DNA of 64,000 nucleotides, from assembly GCA_037441705.1 (NCBI GenBank), contig JBBIRR010000022.1:1-64000 (forward strand), given 5' to 3'. The position numbers and the translations under genes are program-made. The notes beneath the pieces were generated by a model that was not told the origin of the DNA, searched no databases, and was given only the letters and a program-made list of their open reading frames with translations. This DNA comes from Ignavibacteriales bacterium. Its GTDB lineage: Bacteria > Bacteroidota > Ignavibacteria > UBA10030 > UBA6906. Below, one piece after another: positions 39,985 to 50,668 of the stretch (positions are counted from its first letter, which is position 1; each line of letters opens with the position of its first letter).

Positions 39985-41646
39985 TTACCTCGATTCGACA
40001 ATAATTCTTCCATGCAGCATGTTCATACCGCATGCGAAAGGAATCTCGCCGACATTGTTCGGGACGAATTCGACGACGGTCGCTCCAAACGGCGCGAGGT
40101 TTTTCCGGATATCTAACTTTTCGATCACCAACTCCTCACTGCAGCGTGATTGTTCATCTCTCCAGAAGACAAGCTTCACGGGCATCCCTTGCTTGACGCG
40201 GATGACGTCGGGCTTGTAGCCATCCTTGACGGTGATGCGCGCTTCCTGTACGCCGGCGGCATGAGCGGCGTGATCACCGATGCCGGAGCCTCCCACCTGC
40301 GACGCTGATGGTGCATGCCCCTGATGCGGCGAGGGGGCTGCCGGCTTTTGGAGTGCGCTCTCGGAATCCAACAGGAACCCGCCCGTTTCCACAACGCGCT
40401 CGCCCTCATCAAGTCCGTTGAGAATTGCCGACCAGCCGTCGCGTGTCGCGCCAACGATAACATCTCGCGGCTCGAACGTATTCTCCTTCACTTCCACCCA
40501 CACGACGGTTCTCTTGCCGGTACTGATGACTGCCGAGGAAGGCACGACGAGCGCCTTCACCTTCGGAATCAGAATCGTTGCCGTAACAAACATGTTGGGC
40601 TTGAGTTTGAATGAGGGATTCTTGAATTCCGTCCGCACCCGAATTGTCCGCGTTTCAGGATTGACGACAGGATCAATAAAGACGACACTCCCCTCAAACG
40701 TCTCGAAGGGATATGCCTCCGACTTGATCTGCACGCGCTGTCCGTTCTCCACAAAACGAATTTCCTTCTCGTAGACGTCGAGATACACCCAAACGGTTGA
40801 AAGGTCGGCCACGTCGAACATGTCCTCGCCCACACCCACGTAGTGCTGCGGGTCCACGCTCTTCTTCACCACCGTGCCGCTCACAGGCGAGTAGATGGTG
40901 ACGGTGTATTCCACCGTACGCGATTGTTTGAGGCGTTCTATTTGTTTTTCGAGAAAGCCCCATTGCAATAGCTTCTGGCGTGATTGATGGAGAAGCTGCT
41001 CGGCGGACGCAAAGAACGACTGATTGCCTTGCTTTGCCTGCTCGTACGAATCGAGAGCGAGTAAGTATTCCTGCTGCGCGGTGATCGCTTCGGGACTGTA
41101 CACATCGGCGACCGGATCACCTTTGCGCACCTGCTGGCCCGTATAGGAAAGATAGAGCCTCTCCAACCTTCCGGGGAACCTGCTGGAAATGTGTCTGTAG
41201 TTCGGCTCCGCATAGCTGATGATGCCGACCGCGGTGATGTCTCGATGGAAATCCCGCCGTGTTACAGGAACGACGGAGACGTTGGCAATCACCCGCTGCG
41301 TTGGCGAGAGGCGCACGGCTTCGAGGGACGCGACTTCATCCGCCTCCATGTTTGTCTGCGCCGATTTTTTCACGAGGGCCATGCCGCAGACGGGGCAGGC
41401 ACCCGGCCGATCCGAACGTACCGAAGGATGCATGGGGCAGGTGTAGTAATCTTCCGTCGTTGCGTTTTGCTGCGGCACGGTCTGCGCAACGTTTTGCCTC
41501 TGTTGTAGTGCAGGGTCGGACTTCGTACAGCCGGCAAGCGACACCACGAGAAGACTCCCCACGATTGCGAAGCGTCGCGATGTACGAGCGGCAGAGGCCA
41601 AAATGTTTGCCGGTCCCCGGTTCAATATTGTTGTCATGGCGATCAA
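39985..41646 (-). CDS. cusB: CusB-type periplasmic adaptor with N-terminal YTCPMHP domain and C-terminal cupredoxin-like domain
   Basis: YTCPMHP...CPVCGM, membrane-fusion-protein core, His-rich linker, GYKPD...C...FACGMNMLHG. Confidence 0.85.
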   Translation of the reverse strand: MIAMTTILNRGPANILASAARTSRRFAIVGSLLVVSLAGCTKSDPALQQRQNVAQTVPQQNATTEDYYTCPMHPSVRSDRPGACPVCGMALVKKSAQTNMEADEVASLEAVRLSPTQRVIANVSVVPVTRRDFHRDITAVGIISYAEPNYRHISSRFPGRLERLYLSYTGQQVRKGDPVADVYSPEAITAQQEYLLALDSYEQAKQGNQSFFASAEQLLHQSRQKLLQWGFLEKQIERLKQSRTVEYTVTIYSPVSGTVVKKSVDPQHYVGVGEDMFDVADLSTVWVYLDVYEKEIRFVENGQRVQIKSEAYPFETFEGSVVFIDPVVNPETRTIRVRTEFKNPSFKLKPNMFVTATILIPKVKALVVPSSAVISTGKRTVVWVEVKENTFEPRDVIVGATRDGWSAILNGLDEGERVVETGGFLLDSESALQKPAAPSPHQGHAPSASQVGGSGIGDHAAHAAGVQEARITVKDGYKPDVIRVKQGMPVKLVFWRDEQSRCSEELVIEKLDIRKNLAPFGATVVEFVPNNVGEIPFACGMNMLHGRIIVESR

Positions 41647-42905
41647 TTCCTTTCTGGTTGAACATCAAAAATTCCTGCGTACCCCACTTCCCGTTTCAGC
41701 TCGGCAATTGTTTGTTCGAACTGCATCCGCAGCATGAGTTTTTCCATCGAAAGCTCAACGAGCGTGCGGTAAGCATCAATCAACATCAGGAAATCAGTCT
41801 TCCCGGTTTGATAAGCGATCATACTTGCCTGAAGCGCCCGTTCGGATTGAGGAATGATGACGGAGCTATAGTTCCAGAGCTGCTCCTGCACGGCCTTTGC
41901 CTTCACATACAGGGCGTTGATGTTGGAGCGTACCATGTTCCGCGCGTTCTTCAATGTTTCCGTGGCCCTGTCAATGGCAATCGTCGCTTCTTCGACGCGC
42001 GCGCCGGTGCGCTTGAGTCCCCACGGCGTGAACGGCAGCGAGAGCGTGGCCGAGACCGTCCAGAAGTTTAGGTTTTTCCCGGGTGGTGTTGCGTATTCCA
42101 CTCCCAGTGCAAAATCCGGCAGGTAGCCTTTTCTGGCAAGCGACAGCATCTCGCGTCCTTCTTCGACCGAGAGTGAATCATGTAGCAGCATGCCGCGGAA
42201 GCGTCGGGCAAGAACCTGCAGCGTATCTTGCGGCGGAAGTTCAATGGTGTTCTCAGAGACGACGGCGATGCCCAGTGTATCGGACTCAGGCCGAGCGAGT
42301 AATGCGCGCAGCATCGCCTTCGCAGTCAGTTCCTGCCTCCGGAGTTCGACCAGCTGGTTGTCCAACCGGGCGATCTCGACGTAGGCTTTCAGGACATCCT
42401 GTTGCGGCGTCTCGCCCACGCCAAAGCGCGTCTGCGCTATTATCGTGAACTTCTGGAGCAATCGGGCGTTCTCCCGATTGAGCGCTATAGATTGCTGAGC
42501 AAACCACAATTCGAAGTACGCAGAGCGAAGCTTGGCCAGAACCTCGTTTGCTTTTTCCATGTGTTCGTGATGAGCATGCTCTGCCTGGATCTCTGCAATC
42601 GCAGATTGCGTCGCGAGTTTTCCCGGAAAAGGAATCCGCTGCATCAGCCCGATGCGGGAGTACATCGCCTCCCCCCAGCGGAAGTTCCGCATCTCATCCC
42701 TCATGTAGGTCAGCTCCGGATCATCCAACAAACCGGTTCCCTCGACGCGCATCTCCATCACGTCGCGGTTATACTCAAAAGCTTTCAGCTCCGGATTGTT
42801 CCTGAGCGCCTCGAGGACGAGATCGTTCAGACGCAGCGTGTCGCCTGCAGGCTGTGCCTGTGCCCGAGCAAAGAGGATGACGAGAAGTACAAGAATGTAG
42901 TGCAT
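41643..42905 (-). CDS. TolC-family outer membrane efflux protein
   Basis: ALRNNPEL, QRIPFPGKL and YQTGKTDFLML outer-membrane efflux repeats. Confidence 0.87.
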   Translation of the reverse strand: MHYILVLLVILFARAQAQPAGDTLRLNDLVLEALRNNPELKAFEYNRDVMEMRVEGTGLLDDPELTYMRDEMRNFRWGEAMYSRIGLMQRIPFPGKLATQSAIAEIQAEHAHHEHMEKANEVLAKLRSAYFELWFAQQSIALNRENARLLQKFTIIAQTRFGVGETPQQDVLKAYVEIARLDNQLVELRRQELTAKAMLRALLARPESDTLGIAVVSENTIELPPQDTLQVLARRFRGMLLHDSLSVEEGREMLSLARKGYLPDFALGVEYATPPGKNLNFWTVSATLSLPFTPWGLKRTGARVEEATIAIDRATETLKNARNMVRSNINALYVKAKAVQEQLWNYSSVIIPQSERALQASMIAYQTGKTDFLMLIDAYRTLVELSMEKLMLRMQFEQTIAELKREVGYAGIFDVQPERN

Positions 42906-42991
42906 AGAAATTCCCTTCGCATGAAAAGATACCGTGACCGCCGAATGCATGATCGGCGGAGTGATGCAATGCAACGATGCGTAAGGGAATT

Positions 42992-43399
42992 CTAGATCAG
43001 AAGTGAAGAGATAATGATGAGAAGGTCGCGTGCGTACGGCGGCGAAGTATCGTAGGCCCGGAGGCTGCCGGCATAGGAAAGATTCGTTGGCGGCGCGACA
43101 CAAGAGAGGAGTGGAATCTCAACAACGAATTTTGCCCGTTCCAACTTGTGTTGTGTTTGAAGGAACTCCGTCGTATTCCGTTCGGCAGCGAATTTCGTTT
43201 CGCAGCATGAGCGATCCACGTGCGTGCTCAGTCGAGGGCCGCCCGATTGTGCATCGTCGGTGCACATAATGCAGACAGGGGAATTCTGCATTTTTGCCAT
43301 CGGGCACGATGCTACAACAATCGGCAAGCCCACGTTGAAAATGCCACACACACCCACAAGGAGGAGTGCCGCAGCACGATATGTAGGATTCCACTTCAT
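42992..43399 (-). CDS. Small Cys-rich exported hypothetical protein heading the cus operon
   Basis: Signal-like N-terminus, CPM, CxxC, CC and an SPP...LLI C-terminus, as seen in small leader ORFs of metal-efflux operons. Confidence 0.6.
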   Translation of the reverse strand: MKWNPTYRAAALLLVGVCGIFNVGLPIVVASCPMAKMQNSPVCIMCTDDAQSGGPRLSTHVDRSCCETKFAAERNTTEFLQTQHKLERAKFVVEIPLLSCVAPPTNLSYAGSLRAYDTSPPYARDLLIIISSLLI

Positions 43400-43574
43400 T
43401 TGCTTACTTGAACAGCAACAAAACCGCTTGCGTTCCTGCCATTTCCATGCCAGCACGAAAATACCGCAAAATTACCAAATCGGCAACAAGTTTTTCCTAA
43501 TTGCAAGAGCTTTCTTTCGCAAATCTTCGACAAATCCCATCGGCGTTTGATCCCACCTCAATTACTCCGGACTG

Positions 43575-43629
43575 AGTATACGAAGCAAGGCGCAAGGAGG
43601 CATTACAGAATTGTTGGGAAGATTTTCAA
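43575..43629 (-). promoter_or_regulatory. Putative AraC-activated promoter of the cus operon
   Basis: Minus-strand -10 TATACT (43575-43580) and plus-strand TTACAgAATT-N11-TTTCAA (43603-43629). Confidence 0.45.
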
Positions 43630-43641
43630 GATCACTACACT

Positions 43642-44775
43642 CTACATCAGGACCGTTCGAGGCACACGAGCGCTCACCATGCAAGTGACTTCATACGGGA
43701 TGGTGCCAAGTTTTTCGGCAATCTCCCACGCGCTGATCCACCCGTCGTCTGTCCCGCCCAGAAGCGTCACGTCGTCGCCGACGCGCACATCAGTCGTCTT
43801 GCCGACATCCACCATGCAATGGTCCATGCAGATGGCGCCCACGACCGGGTAGCGTCGGCCACGGATGATCACCTCGGCTTTGTTGGAGAGAATGCGCGAA
43901 TACCCGTCGCCGTACCCGACGGGGATGGTGGCAATCCAGGTCTCGCTCTCAGTCACAAAGTGATGACCGTACGAGATGCCCGTGTGCGGTGGAACTTTCT
44001 TCAGAAACATGACGCGCGAGAATAACGACATCACGGGCTTCAAGCCCGCGTCGGAGGCCATGCCTTTGGCGGGTCCGTAGCCGTAGAGCATAATGCCGGG
44101 TCGCACGAGATCGAAATGCGAGTCGGGAATGGTGATGATGGCCGCGCTGTTGGCCATGTGGCGGAGCGGGATGGGGATCCGGCGGCGCTCGAGTTCTTCG
44201 AGCACAGCGTTGAAGCGTTTCAGTTGTTCGAGGGCAAAGCATTGGTCGGGTTCTTCCGCCGTCGCAAAATGACTGTACACACCGATAAGCTCGATGCCGC
44301 GCAGCCGTGCCGCGCGTTCGATTTCATGAGCAGCCTCAATGTGATCGAATCCCAATCGCGCCATGCCGGTATCCACCTTCGCATGTACTCGTGCTTTCAT
44401 GCCGTGGCGCTGGGCTATCCCGCTGAAGAGTCGTGCATGATCAACCGAGCTGATAGAAAGTTCTATGTCATGCACAATGGCCAGCTCGGCAAGGCCGTCG
44501 GGGGCAATCTCGAACACCACAATCGGCGTGTCGATCCCTTCGTTGCGCAGCTCTAAGCCCTCATCCACGCGGGCAACGCCGAGGTAATGCACGCCTCCGC
44601 GCACAGCCTCACGGGAGATCACGCGAACGCCGTGGCCGTAGGCGTGCGACTTGACCACAGCCATGATCCTGGTATTCGGACCCACGTACTTCTTCACACG
44701 CTCGAGATTGTACCGGAATGCTGCGAGGTTGATAATGGCTCGTGTGGGATGAATGAGGGAAAGAGGAACGGACAT
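43642..44775 (-). CDS. alr: Alanine racemase
   Basis: AVVKSHAYGHG, KVDTGMARLG, VRPGIMLYG, GYGDG and ICMD motifs. Confidence 0.96.
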   Translation of the reverse strand: MSVPLSLIHPTRAIINLAAFRYNLERVKKYVGPNTRIMAVVKSHAYGHGVRVISREAVRGGVHYLGVARVDEGLELRNEGIDTPIVVFEIAPDGLAELAIVHDIELSISSVDHARLFSGIAQRHGMKARVHAKVDTGMARLGFDHIEAAHEIERAARLRGIELIGVYSHFATAEEPDQCFALEQLKRFNAVLEELERRRIPIPLRHMANSAAIITIPDSHFDLVRPGIMLYGYGPAKGMASDAGLKPVMSLFSRVMFLKKVPPHTGISYGHHFVTESETWIATIPVGYGDGYSRILSNKAEVIIRGRRYPVVGAICMDHCMVDVGKTTDVRVGDDVTLLGGTDDGWISAWEIAEKLGTIPYEVTCMVSARVPRTVLM

Positions 44776-45112
44776 GCCCTAACTATCAGATGATACGTTC
44801 GGTTTTCATACTAATATCGACAGGGAAAGAGTGATTAGCAAGGGATATGTCTTCGGGTGGTATGCACAGAAGTCCTGGTGTTGCAGGTCGTGAAGACTTT
44901 TGCGATATTAGGCCGGAGGATTTCCGAGGTCCGGTTGTCAATACGTGATGCCCTTGCTGCCGTTTGAGAGAAGGACGGAACCTCCGACATAGTTTCAGCA
45001 CAGGACACCTGCCAGTTTCTTGTCCTTTTTCGGAGGACGAATTTCCTTTGGCAACGTCATGCTTACGGTAGCGCACCCCCCTGAAGCCAACCTTTGAATC
45101 ATTGGACGTTTT

Positions 45113-48100
45113 ATGCCTCGCACTCCACGAAAAGCATCATCTCGAAGCACCCGCCGCTCACGAACACGCACCGCACAGCCCTCAACGATAGACGAGCAAT
45201 GGTTCCGCACAACACTCTACAGCATCGGCGATGGGGTTATCACGAGCGATCACCGCGGGCGTGTGCTGCAGATGAATCCCGTCGCTGAACAGCTCACCGG
45301 CTGGAAAGAAGCACAGGCGCGCGGGAAAGGCCTCAGCAAGGTCTTCCGTATTGTGAACGAGCAAACACGGAGGAAGGTACAGAACCCCGTCCAGCGTGTG
45401 CTGCGCGAAGGGATTGTGATCGGTCTGGCAAACCATACCCTGCTCATCGCGCGCAACGGCCGCGAGTATCCGATTGCCGATGCGGGCGCCCCAATTAAAG
45501 ACCATCAGGGGAAGGTTGTTGGCGTCGTACTCGTCTTTCGCGATCAGACTGCCGAACGCAAAGCCCAACGCGCTGTTCAGGATGCACGAGATTTTGCCGA
45601 AAGCATCATTGCAACCGTGCGCGAGCCGCTGCTGGTGCTCGACGAGAAGTTAGAAGTCGTTTCGGCGAATCGCTCGTTTTACACAACATTCCAGGTAACT
45701 GCCGGGGAGACGATCGGCAAGAAAGTGTATGATCTCGGCAATCGGCAGTGGGATATTCCAGAACTCCGGGCTTTGTTGGAGGACATCCTTCCCTCCAACA
45801 GCCACTTCGACGACTTCGAAGTGAAGCATACGTTTGAACACATTGGTCAGCGCTCCATGCTGCTGAACGCCCGCAAGATCTTTCGTGAGCAAAATCGTTC
45901 CCAGCTAATCCTGCTGGCAATTGAAGACATCACCGAACGAAGCAAATCCGAGGCAGAGCGTCGGGAAGCAGAACAACGCAATCGCATGATCGCCGAAATG
46001 ATCTCCGACTACGCGTACATCTTTCGAGTCACGCCGGAAGGAGAACTTGTGGGCGAATGGGTGACGGATTCGTTCACGAAGGTTTTTGGTTATACGCTTG
46101 AAGAGGCACAAAGGCGAGGAGGATGGAAGACCCTTGTGCATCCGGACGACCGACCAATTGCCTTCGCTCATGCACAGAAGGTTGCCGGCGGAAAGCCCGA
46201 TGTCTGTGAAATGCGGTGGGTGACTGTTTCGGGAGATGTTCGCTGGCTGCGCGATTATGCCAAACCGGTTTTTGATGAAAGGGGTAGGCGGGTTATCCGG
46301 GTTTACGGTGCATCGCAGGATATTACCGAGCGGAAAAATGCTGAACAGGCAATCCGTGAACGTGAGGAGTGGTTCCGCCGCCTTGCCGACACGACATCCA
46401 CCGCCATCTTCATCTATCAGGGCGAGAAGTTCGTGTATGTGAACCGGGCAACCGAGCTGCTCAGCGGGTATTCGAAAGAAGAATTGCTGAAGAAGAGATT
46501 CTGGGATATTGTGCATGCCGATGATGCTGATCGTGTCCGGGAACGAGGTCTTGCGCGCCAGCGCGGCGAAAATGTACCCAACCGTTATGAGTTTCGCATT
46601 GTGCGGAAAGACGGCGCTGTGCGGTGGATAGACTTCACCGCGGGAAAAATTGAATGGCAGGATGCACCGGCCGCTATCGGAACGGGGTTTGACGTGACAG
46701 AGCGGAAGGAGGCCGAAGCTTCGTTGATCGAAAGCGAAGAACGCTTCCGCACACTCATTGCGCACGCGCCCGAAGCGATTGTGCTATTAGATCCCCTCAC
46801 AGGCAAATTCATCTCCGTCAACGCCAATGCGTGCCGACTCTTTGAGCTTGATGAAGCAGCGCTGCTGACCAAAGGTCCGGTCGAATTAAGTCCTCCCGTG
46901 CAACCGGATGGCCGTCCTTCTCAAGAAAGTGCACAGGAAAAAATCCAACGCGCATTGAACGGCGAGTCCCTCCGTTTCGAATGGACCCATCGCACGGCAA
47001 CGGGCAAAGACATTCCGTGCGAGGTTCTCCTCGTCCGCCTTCCGTCTGCCACCGAATACCTGGTCCGTGGAAGTATCCTCGATATCAGTGAGCGCATAAA
47101 AGCGAAGGAAGAGCTTCAGCGTTCGCACGCCCGGTATGAGGCGTTCTTCATGGAAGACCTGACGGGCGATTACATCTCGACGCCCGAAGGAAGGCTGATT
47201 TCATGCAATCCGGCGTTTCTCCGTATTTTTGGATTCGGCTCGATAGAGGAAGCCCTTGCCACAAATCATACACTCCTCTTTCCATCACCTGAGGAACGCC
47301 GTCGGCTTCTCTCACGTATTCAAGCGGAAAAAAAACTTGAGTACCAGGAGCTTAAGTTGATCAAGCGTGACGGCACGCCCGTCTATGTCATCGCCAATCT
47401 CATCGGGCGCTTCGATGAGGAGGGACGCCTGACGGAAATTCAAGGGTACCTTTTTGACGACACCAGGCGCCGACAGTTGGAAGATGCGCTTCGGCAGAGA
47501 CAGAAGCTGGAAGGCATCGGGACTCTGGCCAGCGGCATCGCACACGACTTCAACAACATTCTCGGCATCATCCTCGGTCATGCGTCCATTCTCGAGAAAG
47601 TTCGTGACGATCGCAGCAAACTCGAACAAAGCGTAGCGGCAATTGTTCACGCGACCCAACGTGGCGCATCCCTGGTGAAGCAGCTGCTCACCTTCGCACG
47701 CAAAACCGAAGCGGTGTTCGAACCTCTCGACATCAACCTCATCGCCAAAGAACTCGGAAAAATGCTGCACGAGACCTTTCCTCGAACCATCACCATCAAT
47801 CAACATCTTGATCGTAACCTGCCTCCTATCGTCGCCGACCCAACACAGATGCATCAGGTGTTGCTGAACCTGTGTGTGAACGCACGCGATGCAATGCCGA
47901 AAGGCGGAACGTTGACCATTTCCACGGAACAGATTGACAGCTCTCACCTGCCGACGCGTTTTCAACCCGCGGCTCCTCGGTATGTTGTCCTTTCGGTTTC
48001 CGACACAGGGGTAGGCATGGATGAACAGACTCGCGCGCGCATCTTCGAGCCATTCTTCACAACAAAAGCGCCCGGACATGGAACAGGCTTGGGGTTGGCT

Positions 48101-48628
48101 GTCGTCCACGGCGTCGTCGGCACGCACGGCGGTTACATTGACGTCGAGAGCCATCGAGGGAAAGGCTCCACCTTCCGGATTTATCTCCCTGCGGCCGAGA
48201 TTCCGAACCCGGAGTTCAGTTCTGCCGCCAGGGCAGGGCTCGAACTCCCCGGCGGTACGGAAACCATCTTGATTGCTGAAGACGAGGAATTCCTGCGTCA
48301 GGCGTTGGAAGCGACCCTGACAACGCGTGGGTACACGGTGATCACGGCTGGAGACGGTGAGCAGGCGCTCGAGGTGTATCGCAAGCATGCATCGGAGATT
48401 GCCCTGGTCATCAGCGATATCGGCCTCCCGCGACTGAGCGGCGATGAACTGTTCCGACAGATCAGGCAACTGAACCCGAAGGTGAAAGCCATCCTGGCAA
48501 GCGGATTCATTGATCCCAAGATGAGATCAGACCTGTTCAGCGCCGGAGTCGCAGACCTTATTAACAAACCATACACCGTCAATGACATCCTGCTGAAGAT
48601 CCGAACGGTCCTTGACAGACCTGGTTGA
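45113..48628 (+). CDS. Cytoplasmic multi-PAS hybrid histidine kinase (about 6 PAS, HisKA, HATPase, REC)
   Basis: Repeated PAS/PAC units, GIAHDFNNIL, NARDAM, GTGLGL and a C-terminal receiver (AEDE...SDIGLP...KP). Confidence 0.93.
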   Translation: MPRTPRKASSRSTRRSRTRTAQPSTIDEQWFRTTLYSIGDGVITSDHRGRVLQMNPVAEQLTGWKEAQARGKGLSKVFRIVNEQTRRKVQNPVQRVLREGIVIGLANHTLLIARNGREYPIADAGAPIKDHQGKVVGVVLVFRDQTAERKAQRAVQDARDFAESIIATVREPLLVLDEKLEVVSANRSFYTTFQVTAGETIGKKVYDLGNRQWDIPELRALLEDILPSNSHFDDFEVKHTFEHIGQRSMLLNARKIFREQNRSQLILLAIEDITERSKSEAERREAEQRNRMIAEMISDYAYIFRVTPEGELVGEWVTDSFTKVFGYTLEEAQRRGGWKTLVHPDDRPIAFAHAQKVAGGKPDVCEMRWVTVSGDVRWLRDYAKPVFDERGRRVIRVYGASQDITERKNAEQAIREREEWFRRLADTTSTAIFIYQGEKFVYVNRATELLSGYSKEELLKKRFWDIVHADDADRVRERGLARQRGENVPNRYEFRIVRKDGAVRWIDFTAGKIEWQDAPAAIGTGFDVTERKEAEASLIESEERFRTLIAHAPEAIVLLDPLTGKFISVNANACRLFELDEAALLTKGPVELSPPVQPDGRPSQESAQEKIQRALNGESLRFEWTHRTATGKDIPCEVLLVRLPSATEYLVRGSILDISERIKAKEELQRSHARYEAFFMEDLTGDYISTPEGRLISCNPAFLRIFGFGSIEEALATNHTLLFPSPEERRRLLSRIQAEKKLEYQELKLIKRDGTPVYVIANLIGRFDEEGRLTEIQGYLFDDTRRRQLEDALRQRQKLEGIGTLASGIAHDFNNILGIILGHASILEKVRDDRSKLEQSVAAIVHATQRGASLVKQLLTFARKTEAVFEPLDINLIAKELGKMLHETFPRTITINQHLDRNLPPIVADPTQMHQVLLNLCVNARDAMPKGGTLTISTEQIDSSHLPTRFQPAAPRYVVLSVSDTGVGMDEQTRARIFEPFFTTKAPGHGTGLGLAVVHGVVGTHGGYIDVESHRGKGSTFRIYLPAAEIPNPEFSSAARAGLELPGGTETILIAEDEEFLRQALEATLTTRGYTVITAGDGEQALEVYRKHASEIALVISDIGLPRLSGDELFRQIRQLNPKVKAILASGFIDPKMRSDLFSAGVADLINKPYTVNDILLKIRTVLDRPG

Positions 48629-48754
48629 GTGAGCGACTGATCGCGGCAGCGTCTCGTCGAACCTTATCCTCATGATCGGCTTTCGCGTTCTTGCAGATGG
48701 CACGGGAATTCGCCAAATTAGTGCCGTCATCATCACAACACAAGAACTGGAGAG

Positions 48755-49366
48755 ATGGAGTTTCCTCCGCCATTTTATCGCTGGCGACCGCATCCCTGGC
48801 ACGGACTCGATGTGGGGCCTGATGCGCCGCGCGTCGTCCATGCGTTCATCGAGATCACACCGTTCGACCTGATGAAGTACGAAGTTGACAAAACAACAGG
48901 CTATCTTCGTGTCGATAGGCCACAGCGAACCTCGTCGCTGCCGCCGTCACTGTACGGGTTCATTCCACGTACGTATTGTGCCGATCGTGTGAAGTCCCTC
49001 TCACCTGTCGCCGAGAAAGGAGACGGAGATCCATTAGACATTTGCGTTTTGAGCGAACGGCCCATCAACCGTTCGGAAGTGATCTTGAACGCGCGGGTGG
49101 TCGGCGGCATCCACATGATTGATCATGCCGAAGCCGATGACAAGATCCTCGCGGTTCTCGATAACGATGCCGTATGGCAGCATGTACATGACATCGCCGA
49201 CGTGCCGCCCGCGTTTCTCCATCGTCTTCGACACTATTTCGCTACCTACAAGACGATGCCGGGCGAACCTGTGCAGGTCTCGATCGAGAGTGTGTACAGC
49301 GCCGATCACGCTCTGAAGGTAGTTGAGGCAGCAATGGAGGACTACCGCGAGGTGTTTGGCAGCTAA
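48755..49366 (+). CDS. ppa: Inorganic pyrophosphatase (family I)
   Basis: HPWHG, KYEVDK, YGFIPRT, DGDPLD and DDKI motifs. Confidence 0.93.
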   Translation: MEFPPPFYRWRPHPWHGLDVGPDAPRVVHAFIEITPFDLMKYEVDKTTGYLRVDRPQRTSSLPPSLYGFIPRTYCADRVKSLSPVAEKGDGDPLDICVLSERPINRSEVILNARVVGGIHMIDHAEADDKILAVLDNDAVWQHVHDIADVPPAFLHRLRHYFATYKTMPGEPVQVSIESVYSADHALKVVEAAMEDYREVFGS

Positions 49367-49444
49367 GATGTTGACGCAAGTGAACTCTCAACAGTCTTAT
49401 CCCTGAGGAACGAACGTACCGACGAAGATGCATTCGCCCACCAC

Positions 49445-49888
49445 ATGAAGGCACGAGCCATGGCCCACTCCCCTGACCCACGCTCGATATTGCTTGAGCG
49501 CATTAGTGACGGCATCCGCAGGACGAACGCGCTGATCACCGAACTCAAGAAAAAGAACTCGCGCTACATTACCATCGGCATTCTCACAGCAGCATTGAGC
49601 ACTGTGATTGCCGGAAGCGCAGCCGCGCTCGGGCCTGTGATCGGGCAAGGTCCGCCCGCATGGAAGCTCACCTGCGGACTGGTTGCCGTCTGCACAGCAA
49701 TCACAACGGCCGTCGGAGGACTGCAGAAGCAACTGGCGATTGCCGAGCGGCTTGCTCGAGCGCTCACCTGCTCGGGCAAACTTCATTCACTGGAATTTGC
49801 GCTCACCGTCAGCAACCGCGAGACAGCCGACGTGGCAAGGGAGTATGAGAGTACGGTGGCCAATCATGCAGATGTTTTGCTCGCATAG
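49445..49888 (+). CDS. Two-TM SLATT-like membrane protein
   Basis: Helical N-terminus, a pair of adjacent TM helices, and a helical C-terminal tail. Confidence 0.55.
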   Translation: MKARAMAHSPDPRSILLERISDGIRRTNALITELKKKNSRYITIGILTAALSTVIAGSAAALGPVIGQGPPAWKLTCGLVAVCTAITTAVGGLQKQLAIAERLARALTCSGKLHSLEFALTVSNRETADVAREYESTVANHADVLLA

Positions 49889-49939
49889 CCAGCCGTCGAC
49901 GATAGCGTATTTCGCTCGTAAATTATAACCGCAGAAGTT

Positions 49940-50668
49940 ATGAAACTTGGAAACTACGCCCATATCTCCATTTCCGTGCAACAGCTCCGCGAGTCGCTTC
50001 CGTTTTATGAGAAGCTGGGATTTCGAAAACTGTGGGATAGCGCCGACCCGTCTCCGTGGATACTCATGACCGACGGCACGGTGAATCTGCATTTGTATGA
50101 ATGGTTGTTTCCCTCGCCCGCCGTACACTACTTTTCGTCGCACATGCAGGATAGGGTGTTGGAGCTGAAGCGACTCGGCATACAACCCGAGCTTCAGAAA
50201 AGTCGTGACGGCAAACGCGTCCAGCACAATTTTCTCGACCCGAACGAGCTGACCATCATGCTGATGCACTTCGACGAGAACGCGATGCCGAAACCCAACG
50301 GTTACTCGGAATCAACGCTCGGCAGGTTTGGCGAGCTGAGCGTTGACACGGCAGAACTCGCTGCATCCGTTGCGTTCTGGCAGAGGTTTGAGTATGCCGT
50401 TACGCTGCGCGGTGAGAGGCCCTACCCCTGGGCGGTTCTTACCGACGGCGTGATGACACTCGGCTTGCATCAGACCGAAGCGTTCAAGACACCAGCGCTC
50501 ACTTACTATACGGACAATGCAGCCGAGCGCGTGCAGAATCTCCGCGCCGCCGGCATCACACACATGCAGCCGGTGAACGACGAGACCGGCGCAGTCGCAG
50601 GAGCAATCCTCACCGCACCCGACGGTCAACTCTTCTTTCTGTTGGAAGGAGAAGTGCAGCTCCCATGA
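49940..50668 (+). CDS. VOC/glyoxalase family protein (two domains)
   Basis: HISISV...FYEKLGF...DPNE, duplicated as ELSVD...FWQRF...APDG. Confidence 0.8.
   Translation: MKLGNYAHISISVQQLRESLPFYEKLGFRKLWDSADPSPWILMTDGTVNLHLYEWLFPSPAVHYFSSHMQDRVLELKRLGIQPELQKSRDGKRVQHNFLDPNELTIMLMHFDENAMPKPNGYSESTLGRFGELSVDTAELAASVAFWQRFEYAVTLRGERPYPWAVLTDGVMTLGLHQTEAFKTPALTYYTDNAAERVQNLRAAGITHMQPVNDETGAVAGAILTAPDGQLFFLLEGEVQLP

Noticed and set aside
44786-45110. 96-aa ORF and weak inverted motifs upstream of the PAS kinase
   Set aside because: No protein features, and the motifs are too degenerate to call.
48698-48713. TGGCACGGGAATTCGC as a sigma54 promoter for ppa
   Set aside because: The GG-to-GC spacing is off by one base.
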